DNA of 51,766 nucleotides, filler included, from Bipalium vagum (Eukaryota), in NCBI GenBank assembly GCA_037834085.1. It is 3 parts of 3 records of this genome, joined end to end, with 100 filler letters (N's around TTAATTAATTAA, not from the genome) between each part and the next. Parts side by side here need not be neighbours in the genome. Positions count along the whole stretch, not along the records: positions 18,964 to 35,226 come from JBBMKC010119951.1; positions 35,327 to 51,766 come from JBBMKC010111139.1; 1 more part is not named here. One strand, given 5' to 3'. A model generated the notes under the pieces. The model ran no database searches. It was given only the letters and a program-made list of their open reading frames with translations, and was not told the origin of the DNA. A program made the translations under genes and the position numbers. Shown here piece after piece: positions 26,712 to 38,244 of the stretch. Position 1 is the first letter of the stretch. The number at the start of each line of letters is the position of its first letter.

Positions 26712-27722
26712 ATGTACGAAAATGAATTTATAAAAGAACGTCAATTGTACTTGAAAAATGAACTCAAAGATTTGGAATCAGAATATCTAAAAATTCTCAA
26801 AGCCATACATTCTAATGGGAAATTGAGAAATTTACTGAAAACATCCTTAGATAGTTGCTTAGAGCAATTGGAAATGTACGCCTCATTATTTTCTAATGAA
26901 ACCAACGAGATTCAGATTGACAGAAAAGAACTTTTTGGAAAGTTGAAAGAGCTCAATCAACTGGCGCAACGTTTGGCATTGACTTTTGAGTCAACAGACT
27001 TTTTTAAGGAAGAAAGCAAATACAGTTTAAAAGTCAATCACGACTCTTTCTTTGTGAATGCAAACGATTTTGGCAATGCACAGATTGCCAATTTGATGAA
27101 TATTAGAGTGTTTGATGATAACTTGTTCAGATTTTATTTGGTCCAATGTAAATTAATTGATCAATTATCGTCAGGGTGTACAACTATGTGCAATCAAGAA
27201 CTCTTACAAGGTTTGTTAACCGACCTTTTGTCTTTGAAAACCCAAGTGGAATCCGTGTTGACAGAAACGATTCAACTCAATTCCATCTTTTCTCTCCATG
27301 ACACAGAAAAAAATCCATTCTCATACGAAACGATTCTGGAAGAAATTATTCGAAAAAGTAAGTACGGCATAATTTCACAAAAGATTCTTGAAATCGAAGA
27401 AAAATTCTCTGATTGCCAACTAGAAATGATGACGGTCATTAAATCGAGCCTTGCTGACATAAAGGCCCTGACCAAGTTTTATAATAGACAGATTTATGAG
27501 GAAAATTCTCTCAAAGTCCTGAAGGAAAGGCAGAAAGAAGCGTTTGAAAGAAACTTTTCTTCCGACATAGGAACCGTTCTCGACCGATTGAATGCAGATT
27601 TTCGCCAGTTCTCTTCAGTTACAAACAACGGTACGTTGCAATCATTTCTCACTCAATGTCAGTTGTGTATGCCAGCCCTGGAGAGTTTTGCAGAGAATCT
27701 GCAGTCAGAATTAATGGAATAA
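26712..27722 (+). CDS. Intronless 336-aa helical protein, possibly a divergent DH (RhoGEF)-BAR protein of the DNMBP/ARHGEF37/38 type
   Basis: Long ATG-initiated ORF with raised GC content in AT-rich surroundings; AATAAA at the stop and at ~27766. Segments ELKDLESEYLKIL, IDRKELFGKLKELNQLAQRL and IANL..LFRFYLVQC recall DH helices, and EIEEKFSDCQLEMMTVIKSSLADI recalls a BAR start. Coding status is well supported; the family call is weak. Confidence 0.75.
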   Translation: MYENEFIKERQLYLKNELKDLESEYLKILKAIHSNGKLRNLLKTSLDSCLEQLEMYASLFSNETNEIQIDRKELFGKLKELNQLAQRLALTFESTDFFKEESKYSLKVNHDSFFVNANDFGNAQIANLMNIRVFDDNLFRFYLVQCKLIDQLSSGCTTMCNQELLQGLLTDLLSLKTQVESVLTETIQLNSIFSLHDTEKNPFSYETILEEIIRKSKYGIISQKILEIEEKFSDCQLEMMTVIKSSLADIKALTKFYNRQIYEENSLKVLKERQKEAFERNFSSDIGTVLDRLNADFRQFSSVTNNGTLQSFLTQCQLCMPALESFAENLQSELME

Positions 27723-28269
27723 AAGAAACGAAAACTCAAATGATTTTGTTTTGCATTACAATTGAATAAATTTTCATATCGATTTAATAAATTGGTCTTT
27801 ATCGATTTTGTTTTAATTGATTAAGTTTTAATTAATGATTATAAATATTGTTAGGATTTTTTACAAAGTAATTTACAGATGTATCTATAATGTTTTATAA
27901 TGAGTAACTTTAGGTATCATATTTTATGTTCAAGAAAGGAGAGGTATATTAAAAAATGATAGAATAGAGATCAACACAAAAATTTTAATTTATTGTATTA
28001 TTATGTTATTATATTGTATTTAATTTGTTGTGTTACGTGAATAATGAGGAAAATTTATAAAATCATGAATGTGATATCATTTGAAAATTATCCAGTGGAT
28101 TATTAGAAATAACGGAAAAAGATCGAAACATTCCAAAATTGTATTATATCTAATAAAGTATTTTATTTTCGAAGGTTTTTACCTAAAAGCTTGTATTTAA
28201 AAAACTAATTCATTTTTACTGGAATATTTTCTTTACAATTAACTGCCCCATATATCCAATAATCTGGAT

Positions 28270-28420
28270 GTCCTACTGTTTTAGGAATTTTCGCTAATGC
28301 GAGTTTTGGGGAGACGCTTTATCTTCTCTATGTTTATATTACCAGATCCATAACATTGGAATTTATAGACATAATCAGCTTGCACTGATTTTGGAATCAC
28401 AATTTTAATTTTTAACAATT
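28270..28420 (-). mobile_element. Penelope-like GIY-YIG endonuclease relic
   Basis: Translates PKSVQADYVYKFQCYGSGNINIEKIKRLPKTRISEN (cf. P...QS.VVYKF.C..C...YIG.T.R.L.TRI.EH). Confidence 0.6.
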
Positions 28421-29247
28421 TCTTGTCCTTATAGTTAATCAAATAGTATTTAAATTCTTTTCCTTTGTTTTACGTCGTATTTTGTTTTCAGAAACTTTGA
28501 GTATGCTTAAGGAATTTTAATTATGTTCTTTTATTCACTTTTTATATATTTAGAATCTCTTAACACTGGGCTTACAAACAATATCCATACAAAGGGCACA
28601 GGATGAAGTCAGTTAAGGAAATGATTGATATCTCAAAGGAATAAAAAAAAATTATAAGTAATATTTTAGTGATCTGAACGATAATTTTATTTTTAAGCGT
28701 ATAACAAGTAATAAGACCAAATATGTTCTTGTATGTAAGTAACAATAAAAAAACAAGCCAATGTTGAGTATAAAAACGAACGAAATGTCAATTTAATATG
28801 AACAGAATAATGTAAGACCGGGATGCTACTGGAAAGAATTAAATAGAACAAACCATATTATCTTGTGTTCCCAAGTTTACAAAAATGATACAATAACAAC
28901 CTGGTACAACAAAAGGTCAATTTATTATTTTTATTAGTATGAGCTAATTAAAAATTAACGAATACTTATTGATATTCAGTTGTTTCAAACTTTGAAGTTG
29001 TTTTACTTTTCAATGAGTTTGGCAAATTTTTAATTAAAAAGATGAGGAAGAAGAAGAGGATTTCTCTTTTCCTATAGAGTTGAGTTCTATTGAAGCTCCA
29101 AATTTGTATTAATTATTATAATGAATAATTACATTCTTACTAAAATATTTTTTTATTTAATTAAAGAATTCAGTAATTTTTATTAGCTGAGTTTGACACA
29201 AATATTGTGATAATTGATATTTATCCAGGAATTTTTCATTTCTTATA

Positions 29248-29706
29248 CAGTGCAACTTCTATTTTGGACCAATTTCTGAAAATGGACCACTTCTATAATC
29301 GGACCAAAATCCATATTTGAACCAATAATTTGTACTTATCCTATTTCTCGATATTGTCATATAAAAAATATAATTATTGGACCAAAAATTTCAATAATTT
29401 GTTTAAAAATTTAATAATTTGTTTTAAAAATATTTTGTTATATATTTTCAAAATCAGGAATGAGTAAAAAATTATCATATGAAAACTAAATTACGGATCA
29501 TTTAATTCAAAAAATATAATATAATTCAAAATATATTATTATTTATTGGACTTATTGTTGTTTTTTTAAATTTCTATCATTACATCCATATAAGGTCATA
29601 TAAAATATGTTTTATAGCCTTTTTATGTCTCAACTCCTAATATTGGACTAACTTCTATTTTTGGACCACTTTTGAAATTTTGTGGTCCGAAATAGAAGTT
29701 GCACTG
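29248..29706. mobile_element. 459-bp MITE with TA target duplication (pogo/Tigger-like ends)
   Basis: TA|CAGTGCAACTTCTATTTTGGACCA ... TGGTCCGAAATAGAAGTTGCACTG|TA (23/24 TIR match); subterminal acttctat..ggacca repeats; no ORF. Confidence 0.92.
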
Positions 29707-30004
29707 TATCACAAGGAAAACCGATACCTGAAAAAAATGAAAGGTGGTATTCAAAAAAGTCATCTAAACAATGTCATATAGGTGCCATACGTTCAAGGAT
29801 TGATGAAGATTAAATTAAATTGAAGATTTTAGAAAATATATATAGGGGCTATTTCTCGCACTGATTTGGCAGTTTAATTATGCAATGCTCTAATATATGA
29901 AATTTTTTCTGGAGAGATATCCTTTTTTGTACCCATTCAAAAATTTTTAATTTTTACAATACACACTTAAACAAGTGTTTTTAAACAAAATAACAGATAT
30001 TTTA

Positions 30005-30612
30005 CGGGGTTATGCAGAAATATATAGAAAAATATTCAGAAATATATAGAAAAATATTTAGTGGAAATGTACACTAAATACTAAAGTAAATTCTTGTCTC
30101 GCCAAGGGTTTTTCTATAATCCACCTCATGTTGCGTAAACAATCACTTAAATCGATATCGTCATGCAAGGGGACTTTGGTAATCAATTCTTATAAATCGT
30201 CCCGATCTATAATGGTTCTCAAAAAGGATGATATTTGCGACTTGTAGTTGAGGCGAATATAGTGGCAGAAATCTTTAAGCAATACCTCGTTCTGTCAGTA
30301 ACTTAATAACATCATTGCGGCGATGGAACCTGCAATTGTCCATCACCAATACATCCCCATGATTTCGATCGAAATGATTGCATAGCTTGTCACTAATAAA
30401 GTACATAAAATTGTCCCCACCGAAAGATCCGTATTTGATTTCGAAGCATGAAATGCCTGTAAATTTGATTTAATAAATACACAGATGACAAATCAATGAA
30501 ACCTGCCATATTAATAGCAACCATGCAGCTGATATTTTTGGCTGACTAAAATGCGATCAAATTCAAATAGAAATAGTCGAATATTTTTTCTATATATTTC
30601 TGCATAAATCTG
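30005..30612 (-). mobile_element. Internally deleted IS630/Tc1-superfamily transposon (608 bp)
   Basis: TA-flanked TIRs sharing TTATGCAGAAATATATAGAAAAA; minus-strand VMDNCRFHRRNDVIKLLTERGIA*RFLPLYSPQL (DDE_3 motifs MDN..FH and FLPPYSP). Confidence 0.85.
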
Positions 30613-31027
30613 TAATAGCAATTAATATAAATAGTTAATATAAATAGAGGTATTTTAATTTTCATATATCTAAAACTATTTCTTTACATTTTGCTTTTTT
30701 TCAAAACCTATTAATTTATTGAAAACAGATAAATATAAATGCTCTTCGATCCATTTTTAAGACTCATCGATTAATAACTTCTTATGACTAAATGTATTCT
30801 GAATTTGACGTTCAAAGATGTTTCCATATTTGTTAACGTTGCCGAAAACTAATTTCAACAAAATTTCGATAAATTTCTTACTTCCCGTTCCAAAAACAAC
30901 TCTGAAAGTTAAAATCTAGCAAAAAATATGGTGTCCACAATACTTTGTCAACCTACTGTACTTAAAACTTAAAAATAAATAAATAAAGTGACTTATTATT
31001 AATTTTTTATTAATATTCAATACTTTT

Positions 31028-31834
31028 TCAGTCATAGATGGTGATTGAGGAATCATATATTCCGATGATATCCATTGATTTGGCTGGAATCGATAAGTTG
31101 TTCATATTCCCTGGCCTTCCATTGTCATTTACATACAAAATCTGAGGATATACAAATTTCGTCTTATTTCGCCACTCCCTTCCGTAGGCACAAGTAATGT
31201 ATTTATAATGAATGACAAAAATTCCAGCGTCTCCAAAACATCCTTTCGACTCTGTATAAATGATAAAGTTTTTATAACCAGTCATTGCATTAAGAGTCCA
31301 GAAGGCTTCAATTCTAAACGAAACGAAATTATACCTTCGCAAAATATGAGCTTTCCAAGGATAACTTTCTACTAAATTTCGTATGTAATACCATGATGCC
31401 AAAGTATCATTGTTATCAACTTTGAAAAGCATAAAAGCAATAATCTGATCATTATAATCTCTTACACTTACATTCATAAACAATGGCCGTAAGCCAGCCC
31501 ATTCATCTAATATTATATTTCGGAAATTTTCTAACTTATTTTCATAAGTTATTGATTTGTTTCCCATTTCTCCGGTCATATAAAACGGATAAGGCTCTAT
31601 TTCTGAACCAGACTGAATTCTAAATAAAAGAATCTCACCTATTCTTTTAGTATAATTTCGATAAGACACCACCTGATTAATTTTAGACAAATTCGATGTT
31701 GGAAGTTCACATGAACCATTTCTCATGATAAAATATTTTCTTCGGCTCAAAAGAGTTCGAACTCCACATTGAATGATAGAGGACATTGCGAAAACAGGCA
31801 CTGAAAAAATAAATAAATAAAAGAAGATATGCAT
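31028..31834 (-). CDS. Intronless 268-aa predicted secreted protein of unknown function
   Basis: First in-frame ATG at 31834 gives a signal-peptide-like MHIFFYLFIFSVPVFA; uninterrupted ORF; several N-X-S/T sequons; conserved-looking motifs LLFRI.SG, ILDEW, SWY, GC.GD.G, P.ILY. Confidence 0.8.
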   Translation of the reverse strand: MHIFFYLFIFSVPVFAMSSIIQCGVRTLLSRRKYFIMRNGSCELPTSNLSKINQVVSYRNYTKRIGEILLFRIQSGSEIEPYPFYMTGEMGNKSITYENKLENFRNIILDEWAGLRPLFMNVSVRDYNDQIIAFMLFKVDNNDTLASWYYIRNLVESYPWKAHILRRYNFVSFRIEAFWTLNAMTGYKNFIIYTESKGCFGDAGIFVIHYKYITCAYGREWRNKTKFVYPQILYVNDNGRPGNMNNLSIPAKSMDIIGIYDSSITIYD

Positions 31835-32250
31835 CTTTGTCTGTTTGAAATATTTTCCTTCCACTTTATATATTAAGAATAATGAATTGAATTTCAACCA
31901 ATGAAATGAATTTTAATTTTAAATTAAACTAAAGTTATCAAAATAATTTTAATGTAACCTTAATTGAATAATTAAAATAAAACCCTTTAATAATTTATTA
32001 ATATTTCATTCGCTTTGTATTAGATTACGGTATTATATATATTAATATTAATTAATTATTTTATTTAATAATTTTAATAATTAATTTACGTAAAATTACA
32101 ATAATAATTTGGATAAATTTTGATTTTGCCCCGCTTTCTTTTTCCGGCCAATTTGTAATTTAGTAATTTGCTTAGAAAAAATTTACTTGAAAGTAATTTA
32201 TTTAGATTATTATTTAGATATTTACATTTACGTACTCAGCTTTAGAAGAC

Positions 32251-32547
32251 TATGAGATAAATTGAAAATTAGTCGGGGGACGTAGCTCAGCGGTCAAAGT
32301 AGTCCATGCGCCAACCAGCGGACGTGGTCTGGAAAGTGAAAAAGGAAAGGAATTTGAATGAAATTTAAGTAAGAGACTCAGGGCGGTTAAGAATATGAAT
32401 GTGAGCTTTAAAGGAGAGGGATGTAGGATAAATTGAAAATTAGTCGGGGAACGTAGCTCAGCGTTCAAAGCAGTCCATGAGCATGTGAAGGGTCCCGTAT
32501 TTGCATCCCGGTATCTCCGAAATAATAGGTGTTCAACTAGGACTACA
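32251..32547 (+). mobile_element. Miniature non-autonomous LTR retroelement (TRIM) with tRNA-derived sequence inside its LTRs
   Basis: LTR1 32251-32324 (internally deleted), TGG-starting PBS-like site at 32325, 97-bp internal region ending in the purine tract AAAGGAGAGGGA (32410-32421), LTR2 32422-32547 with TGTAG...CTACA ends; the LTRs share 52/56 nt. Confidence 0.7.
32446..32518 (+). pseudogene. tRNA-Ala(AGC)-like sequence embedded in LTR2
   Basis: GGGGAACGTAGCTCAGCGTT...ATGAGCATGTG..GGTCCCG..TTTGCATCCCGGTATCTCC: A-box, AGC at the anticodon position, GGGGA/TCTCC acceptor stem with a G3:U70-type wobble, degenerate B-box. Confidence 0.7.
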
Positions 32548-33314
32548 CTCATTTTTTAGAATGACTAAGGGAACGACTAATTTATAAGGAATTAAACTAT
32601 TTTTATGTCATTTGAGAGCCGACTCATTGGGCATTTAAAATCAGTGTGGCAGGTATTTGTTTATTAATTAATAGATTTTTAAAATGGACACCTACGCCGA
32701 CAAAATATAATTTTCGGGAAGTTATTTTGCATTATTTAATTGCTAAGGAAAGTACACTAGAAACCTTTTATTTTGTAAATCATATTTTTTCAGTAGAAAA
32801 TGGGTAAATTTCTGTTAAATAAATAAAATTTGATAAAGAAATTTATTAGCATAATCGTCAACTGTCAAAAGTACACATAGAAAGAGAAGAAAAAAAAGAG
32901 AAGAAAAAAGTCTTTAAAATAATTTTCTCAGAAATCTAGAGATAGTTATTACACTTTAATAAAGAAACTACCTCGGGTTACTAAACCAGAAATGATGTCG
33001 TCAATAATATTGGTAATGAGAATGGTAGCGGAACTAAGAACGAATATGAAAAATTATAACAATGGCTATTCAACTAAGAAAGAACGATATTAATTTGCAT
33101 AAAAAAATTTTATTATTAATTTTTTTCTGGCACTTTCCAAAATTATCTGATGGTATTATTTCCCCATCTTTCCATTGTACATACATTTCTTACCTAGGTG
33201 AGTCTCAGACAGTCTTTAAGAAATTGTTATTATTTCAGTAAACAAAAAGTATAATTCAATGGTAACAGAACTTTTATTGAATATCTATATAAACTTAAGT
33301 AAATCAATGTTATA

Positions 33315-34487
33315 TTAGGCTGGTGCAAAAATAATGTCGTTTTTTTGGCAAGTCATTAATTTCATTCATTTTAATAAATGTTTTGTTTGAATATTCAATA
33401 TATTTTGATACATTTTTGAAATTAAAATTTTTACAAATTAAATTTTATTATAAATTACTTAAAATATTGTATAATTATCCTTTTTAGTCGATTTAACAGA
33501 ATATGGAAAAATATCAATATCGTACCATTTCTTGTACGAATACAAATTAGGAACAAATGCTAGCGAAACGGCTCGCAAAATGAATAATGCATCTGGTCCG
33601 GCAACTGTCAATCAGCGTATGGTGCAATGTTGGTTTAAACGGTTTCGTCAGGGAAATGATACCCTTGAAGATGAGAATGGTCGCGGTCGTTGACAATGAT
33701 AAATTAATGAAGATAATCGAAGCTGATTCATCAAAATCGACAAGGGAAGTCGAAGCGGAACTTACCGTTGATCATAGAACAGTACTTCGTTACTTATACG
33801 AGATTAGAAAGGTGAAAAAGGTGGATAAGAGGATGTCACATAATCTGAGCGTAAAACAAAAGAATCGTCGTTTCGAAGGGGCATCTTCTCTGCTTTTGCG
33901 CAACAACCGCGACCCATTTCTCAATCGAATCGTGACGTTTGATGAGAAATGGATTCTCTGGGACAATCGGCGACGTTCGGCAAAATGATTGGATAGAAAT
34001 AAAGCTCCAAAAAATTGCACAAATGTGCACCATAAATCCGGGCAAAACTATTTCAACGGAAACATACTGCTAGCAAATAGACGAAATGCATAGGAAACTT
34101 CGAGTCATCTGTCCGGGACTGGTCAATAGAAAAGGTCCAATTCTGTTGCACGACAACGCACGCCCACACGTCGCACAAACAACATTGCAAAAAATAAACA
34201 ATTTTGGCTACGAGATTTTGACTCAATCCCAGGCTCTGGATAATTTCTTGGTCAATAGGTGCTTTGAAACCCGAGCCGATTCTGAAATGGCCTTTGATTA
34301 GTTTGTTGTCTCCAAGTACAAACACTTTTATTCCACAGGCCTTTTATTCCACAACTCATCAATCGTTGGCAGAAATGTATTGGCTACCATGGAAATTATT
34401 TTGCTTAATAAAGTTTATTTTCCATTGAATTATGACGTTTTTTTAATTTTATAGCTGTAAAAATACATTATTTTTGCACCAACCTAA
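33315..34487 (+). mobile_element. Mariner element (cecropia/Hsmar1-like TIRs) with pseudogenised transposase
   Basis: TA|TTAGGCTGGTGCAAAAATAATG ... CATTATTTTTGCACCAACCTAA|TA. Transposase from ATG ~33503 with FLYEYKLG, WFKRFR, KVKKVDKRMSHNL, IVTFDEKWILWDN and ILLHDNARPH, broken by frameshifts, stops and deletions. Confidence 0.97.
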
Positions 34488-34594
34488 TAATATCTTTGTT
34501 CTAATATTATCAAATTTTAAAATGTAATGCTGTGAAATATACTAAAGATAACACTGAATTTTTGACAGTGAAATAAATTTAGTAAAAATTAATA

Positions 34595-34800
34595 TTTTTC
34601 AACAGAATATCCATTAACACTAATACAATGTTGTGATCGACGATAAAACATAGCCCTAGCATTTCTACACATCTTATATATTCTAGCTGCCTCTTCTTCG
34701 ATTACATCTGTCAGATCTTTTAACTTCTTTGGTTTTCTTGTATACACCTTTATCTTTTGATATATATTCAGAAAAAAAATAAAAAACTAAGGGTTTATTT
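34595..34800 (-). mobile_element. C-terminal fragment of a Tc1/mariner-superfamily transposase (rosa/maT-like)
   Basis: KIKVYTRKPKKLKDLTDVIEEEAARIYKMCRNARAMFYRRSQHCISVNGYSVE (cf. K..VY...P..L..L...I...R...CI...G...E). Confidence 0.55.
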
Positions 34801-35226
34801 TCTTGTCAAGACCTTTAGAGAATTCTACATTTAAAAATCTGTTTGAAGATAAATAGGGAAAAAGTCCATGTTTTCAAATCCCTTCTTAAGTACTCCGAGT
34901 GTAAATTGAAAAACCCTGCTTTTAAAAGACTATGTTCGCAACGAGTTTCGAAGTCAATGTTATACCTTTGCGTCAAGTTGATCGTAGTTGTGACTCAACC
35001 GTTTCAAGATTTTTTAAACAATATGTTATGTTTTAAGAAACCTAAAAAGATAGTTTATTATGTAAATTGAAAATAAATATGATTATTAATATTTAATCGG
35101 GTTAAGAATATCGATATTGGACTTTTTTAGGAACTTAACATAAAATATGTGCAAATTCAGAAGGATTTAGTGCGCGTACGTTCGAAGTAAAAATTTGAGT
35201 GACAATAAAATGTTGATTACTAAAAG

Positions 35227-35326
35227 NNNNNNNNNNNNNNNNNNNNNNNNNNNNNNNNNNNNNNNNNNNNTTAATTAATTAANNNNNNNNNNNNNNNNNN
35301 NNNNNNNNNNNNNNNNNNNNNNNNNN
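35227..35326. other. Artificial scaffold-joining spacer
   Basis: 44 N + TTAATTAATTAA + 44 N. Confidence 0.95.
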
Positions 35327-35399
35327 GTTCATATTATTTTTTAATATGAACATTTGAAAAAATTGGAACGCTCGTGTTCATATTGAACAGGGTTGACTG
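35327..35399. mobile_element. Right end of a pogo/Tigger-like MITE cut by the scaffold start
   Basis: Ends GTGTTCATATTGAACAGGGTTGACTG|TA with subterminal gttcatatt/aatatgaac repeats. Confidence 0.55.
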
Positions 35400-38244
35400 T
35401 AATTGCAAAACAGCTGCTAGGTAAATATTATTGCTTTTGTTATATTTAAAACCTTGGTAATTCGTATTCCAATTACATAAGAATTATTTAAAATTATCAT
35501 TAATTTTCAATAATCACCAGTCTCTTGCAACTAGGATTATTCTTCTTTTCTTAAATCTTTTTATATTTTATTTTTTATTACAATTTACACAGTGGTTAGG
35601 GCTGGTAAATTGTTACAGGTGTTTACAACAGCTTACAAGGTAACTTTAAAAGGATTCCTTTAACCCTTAGAGGTTTTTATTCAATCAAATTGTACTATTT
35701 TATTTGATATATTTTTGTCAATAAAGGTATTCCATTTTTTCTAAATTTTTGGTTTGATTTTACCTTGTTCAATATTTACTAGTTTTTCACTATTAGGTCA
35801 AACTACATCCCATAAATCCTTCTGATCAATAGACACATTGTTAAGTTACCTAAAGTCCCGAATCGATATTCTTAACCAAATTTATTAATTTTTATTCATT
35901 TTCTAGAAAAAAACAAAGAAAAAAATATATTTGTTTCTTTCTAATTAAAATTAAAGTGAAATATGAATATTAATTATGTATTCCAAACTTAATGTTTATA
36001 AAATTCATTTTAATTCTGTCAAATAAAGCAACTTACAATTTACAAAACCCCAAATTTTCAAATTAAAATCTTTTATAAAAAAATTTGAAATATTTAACTT
36101 TTTCATCATAAGCTGTAAAATTTTGATACGATCAAAATGATTTTAGATTCATTAGAAAGGCAACGAAATCTTAGATATAGTTTTATTTTAAATTTTATAT
36201 CTAAAAAGCTTTTATTTTCTCTTAAAATTGATAAAAAATATTAACTAATCTGATGTATGTTTTCAATTTAAATTAAAAATGGTAAGTTTTTATGTTTTTT
36301 TATGCCAAAAGCACAAGTGTCTATCTGAGATGATTGTTTCAAAAAATTTTTTCAGAGTTCTAGACAGATTATAATGACACAACTAAAATTAAAAAGAAAA
36401 TTAATATTTATTACAGTTATATTCTTGTGTAGTCATTTTTAAATAAGAATTCAAAGACGAAGCAATAATAATAATATATTTCGTTAAATCCGATTAACCA
36501 AACAAACTTTTCAAACTTGGACCGGACCTTTTATTAAAATTAAATTATTTACTTTTTTTAAAATTAACCAACATTTATTTAAAAATTTAAAAAACAAAAT
36601 TTTAATTTTTAAAAACTTTAAATTAAAAACATTCATTAATTGTTAATCATAGCGTGAGGTTCTTATTTAAAAAAATTCAAACAAACTAATTCGTCGAATC
36701 ACTTCTTATAATTACAATTTTTACAAAAAATTCCGATTAAATTTAATTAATTAAAATATAATAAAACATGATAAAATGTAAAATAACATAATAAACGTAA
36801 AAAAATTTATTTATATGTCTTTATTATGTTAATTCTCTTGATTCATTCTTTGATAAGTAAAATTAATATATAAATTTAAGAGATTTTTCCAAACACCTTA
36901 AATGAAGTTTCATATTTCTGATAATCAAAGAGGCAATGATTTCGTGTAGCTATATGTGTGGTGCCCTCAATAAGTATTGTCACTCGCTTAAAAAATATAA
37001 TATAAACTAAATTAAATTATTACATAACATTTTTATTTATATAATCAAATTAATATCAATTTGGTTAATGACATTAACTTATGTTTTCATTTAAAGACGA
37101 AAGTTTTGAAATTGGTCTTGAAGAAGTTATTATATATTTTTTAGGCTCGCTCAGTGTAGAAAAGTAATTTTATTTTTTATGTTAATGTTTCACTATTTTA
37201 TTTTATATATATTTTTAATAATTATTTTACTTATTATTTGTTAAAATATATTCTAAAAATATTTATTGTCAATAAATTCCCTAAAATTTATTTTAAAAAT
37301 CTGTTTTCAAAAAATTCGGTTCAACGGTGCTTTTTAAAATGCTTTTTTAATTTAAGAATAATAAAATAATTTTCTAAGTTTTACTTTTTATTACTTTTCA
37401 TTGATTAATATGTTAAAATAACTTCGGACAAATTATTAAAAAGAGAATTTATCCAGCTTTAAAACAAGTTTCAATAAATAAGGCTGAAAGCTTCTCTTTT
37501 AATAAATAATTAAACATAAGATTAAAAATTCAGCACTTTAATTCAAAAGAAACGTTCGTAAGATGAAGTTAAATTTATAAATTAATTAATTTTAATTAAA
37601 AAAATTTTCAAATGTTTTTCTATTTATTTTTATTAAAATAGATAAAATATATAATTTGTTAAAATAGGATAAATATTTTAAAAAAGGTAATATTTTTAAA
37701 TTAAAAAAGCATTTTAAAAAGAACCGTTGAACCGAATTTTTTGAAAACAGATTTTTAAAATAAATGCTATTTTTAGGGAATTTATTGACAATAAATGTTT
37801 TCAGAATATATTTTAATATATTAATCAATAAAAAAATAAAAATTATTTTACATTTAAATGTTAAACAGATTTTAATCGAGGTTGTGAAATTATAACAGAT
37901 GAGAACTATTAATTTATTAATTGTATATTTTGTAGTTACAGAATAAATTTAAATCCTTTTTCGTCGTATTTATTTCTCATTTATTAATTTTTTTATTTAT
38001 TTTTTAGAATTTATTTTATTTTGTAAACAGATTATAAAATAATATAAATTTCAAAATAAAAAAAGTTTGAAAATACGAACGGCACTTTTTAAAATAGTAC
38101 TCTATAATCGAATATATTTTACATATCGAACTACCTAGGTCAGATTATGTTTTAAATCATTACTTTTCAAGGTCAAGAGTAATGCTTACTTAAATTGCGC
38201 TTATATACCTGTTTAAGATAAGAGAAATGTTATGCTGTTATTTT

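Noticed and set aside
32446-32518. Functional tRNA-Ala gene
   Set aside because: The B-box/T-loop is degenerate (TATTTGCATCC), the D and anticodon stems pair poorly, and the sequence is embedded in an LTR.
32250-32552. 100-aa minus-strand ORF with an internal repeat
   Set aside because: The repeat simply reflects the two LTRs; non-ATG start and no protein features.
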